DNA of 64,000 nucleotides from Eledone cirrhosa (taxonomy: Eukaryota). The notes beneath the pieces are model-generated. The model ran no database searches, had not been told where the DNA came from, and saw only the letters and a program-made list of their open reading frames with translations. The position numbers were made by a program, and so were the translations under genes. The stretch is taken from contig OZ024744.1 of assembly GCA_964016885.1 (NCBI GenBank), forward strand, positions 73,532,001 to 73,596,000, read 5' to 3'. Position 1 is the stretch's first letter. Each line of letters begins with the position of its first letter. This document shows, piece after piece, positions 61,633 through 64,000 of this stretch.

Positions 61633-62090
61633 TAAAGGTACAATCAAAAATCAAAAATACAGGTTAAAATCATATAAAGAATTTACCACCAGATCAACCA
61701 ACCTAACACTCTTGTTTACCTACCTAAGTGCCTCTACTACACGTATCTCTCTGCCACACTATATAAACAAGACGCACGTGCTTGCCACACATATAACATT
61801 TGCACTATATAACCGCTTATCTTCATGTTGTATTTTAACCTGTATTTTTGATTTTTGATTGTACCTTTTAATATGAATGTAATCTCGAAGTGTGTACTGC
61901 CACTCTAAATTCTGTAATGAATGTTGACCCACAATATTTGCATATGTATCGGTATGTCTCTTGGCTGAAAAGGAGGTCATATAACTGTCCATTCATTAAT
62001 AAATTGCTCCGAAGAATCAAAACCTCGGTTTGGAGGAAACAGCTGTAAGCACAATAATGTTTTGAACAGTTCTTTGATTCTTATATTTCA
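61633..62090 (+). mobile_element. Fold-back/Penelope-like fragment with a hammerhead variant at 62005-62051
   Basis: Arms at 61633-61670 and 61832-61868; TGCT CCGAAGA ATCAAAACC-TC-GGTTTGGAG GAAA CAGCTG TA AGCA. Confidence 0.6.
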
Positions 62091-62096
62091 TATTTC

Positions 62097-62223
<127 letters not shown>

Positions 62224-62686
62224 TATATATAGTAATAATAAATAAGTCACTTATATGTATGAATTACTGTTGATTTCTTGCTCACATTAATTTCTCTATT
62301 TTCATTCATATATATATATATATATATACAAAATTAAGATATCAAAATTATGGGTGTCATGCCAGAAAGACATGCGCCATATCGTTACCTACCTAGCTAT
62401 GTGTGCTTACACACTTGTAAAAATTATCTCCTGTTATTATTCATGTTTATTTATATGTTAATCAATTAAGTTAAAAAATGTACATCTACATATGCATACT
62501 GAAATACTAGTGTGTATATGAATACACACACGTATACATATGTAGGTGTACCAAGTCTTTCACTGGTCGCTTTTTTTTTTTTTTAACTTAATTGTTTAAG
62601 CGTCAGTCATACAAAAGTGAGTTACAAACGAAACGAAATTTAATTTCGTTTCGTTATTTGTTTTTATATGTTAATCAATTTCTAGT

Positions 62687-62725
<39 letters not shown>

Positions 62726-63008
62726 TGAAAATAGAGAAATTAATAGTTTCTACTTTTGGCATAAGGCCAGCAATTACCCAGTGCATTACTGGTACTATAT
62801 TTTATCGACCCTGTAAGGATGAAAGGCAAAGTTAATCTCGGCGGGATTTGAACTCAGAATGGCAAGGGCCGTAACTCTATCCGTCAAATCATGGCGTCAG
62901 ACCCTCTACCGATACTACCAATCCACCGCCATAATAGAGAAATTAATGTGACCAATAAGCCAACAGTAATTCATATATATATACAGTAAAGCCAACAGTA
63001 ATTCATAT

Positions 63009-63040
63009 AGTAGTGGTAGAGCACTCAGTTGTGTAACCAC

Positions 63041-63078
<38 letters not shown>

Positions 63079-63208
63079 GTGGTTACACAACAGTCAGTTC
63101 ACCAACAGATGATGAACTAACTGTTGTGTAACCACTTCCACCTAACTCGTCCCATGAACTGAGCGCTCTACCACTACGGATATTACGTTCCAGTGTTCTA
63201 CCACTATA
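63009..63208. repeat. Nested short inverted repeats around a (TA)n tract
   Basis: GTAGTGGTAGAGCACTCAGTT / AACTGAGCGCTCTACCACTAC and GAAGTGGTTACACAACAGT / ACTGTTGTGTAACCACTTC. Confidence 0.65.
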
Positions 63209-63302
<94 letters not shown>

Positions 63303-63638
63303 GATAAATCTACCAAGAGTTTACGGTAGTGTCCAATCCGTATGAAGAACTCAATGTAGTCCGGATATCATGGAAAGAAGAGATGCAATGAAAAATCACT
63401 TTCGGTGAAAGATAAACGGAATACAGAGTCAAGATAAAATATTAAAAAAATAATGAATAAAACAATGAAACAGTTCCTTATATTAAACAAAAAAAGTTCA
63501 TTATTTAACGATCGTTTCTGGGATATATATGTGTTAGAATTGGCATGTATATTTAACAGATCTATGTACAAAATTATACAAAATTATACAAACTATCAAG
63601 ATTAAATATACATACCAAACACACATATATGCCGTCTT

Positions 63639-63689
<51 letters not shown>

Positions 63690-63916
63690 CATATATATAT
63701 ATATATTTCGTTTCTGAATTTGTTTAGCAAGATTCTTTGTCTGAAAACGTGTGTTGAAACCGATATTGTTATACTTTGGGAGGGTCATGTTGCTAATAAG
63801 AAATACACGCACCAGTTGCTTTCACTTCAATTTATTATAATAAATTTATAAATTTAGGAATTTATAAATTTCCGGTTGGTTGGTTGGTTCCACAACCAGA
63901 TGGTTGTTTATATATT

Positions 63917-63959
63917 GTCAAAGTTCTTTCATCAAACATTCTGTGACCTCTTCAGTGAC
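63917..63959 (-). ncRNA. Minimal type-I hammerhead ribozyme (family D)
   Basis: Reverse complement reads GTCA CTGAAGA G GTCA..TGAT GAAA GAAC TT TGAC. Confidence 0.75.
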
Positions 63960-64000
63960 TGGGGGTTCTTTTCTTTGTTTTTTATTTTTGTTTTTGTTTT

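Overview
This is animal genomic DNA made almost entirely of repeats. The Meta-core tRNA SINEs and the (TA)n/(CA)n load suggest an octopod cephalopod (inference). No host gene, rRNA/tRNA gene or CRISPR array can be supported. Bases 1-13730 are a 15-bp tandem array (CAAACACTACCACCA, ~915 units) with no visible indel and with higher-order duplications. The rest contains decayed retroelements: a near full-length L1/Tx1 LINE plus two partial relatives ending in (TATC)n, RTE, CR1 and R4/Dong-type fragments, and about 10 SINE copies. It also contains a dead Neptune-type Penelope-like element (RT + GIY-YIG) with a 1.3-kb inverted pseudo-LTR, inserted in (TA)n. The main signal is at least six unrelated families of short non-coding fold-back elements, mostly in (TA)n tracts. 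Many have one arm carrying an extra 3' tail and a minimal type-I hammerhead ribozyme, often with a palindromic stem III; some have core variants. They look like ribozyme-bearing cassettes mobilised by Penelope/Neptune machinery. All folds were read by eye and are untested.
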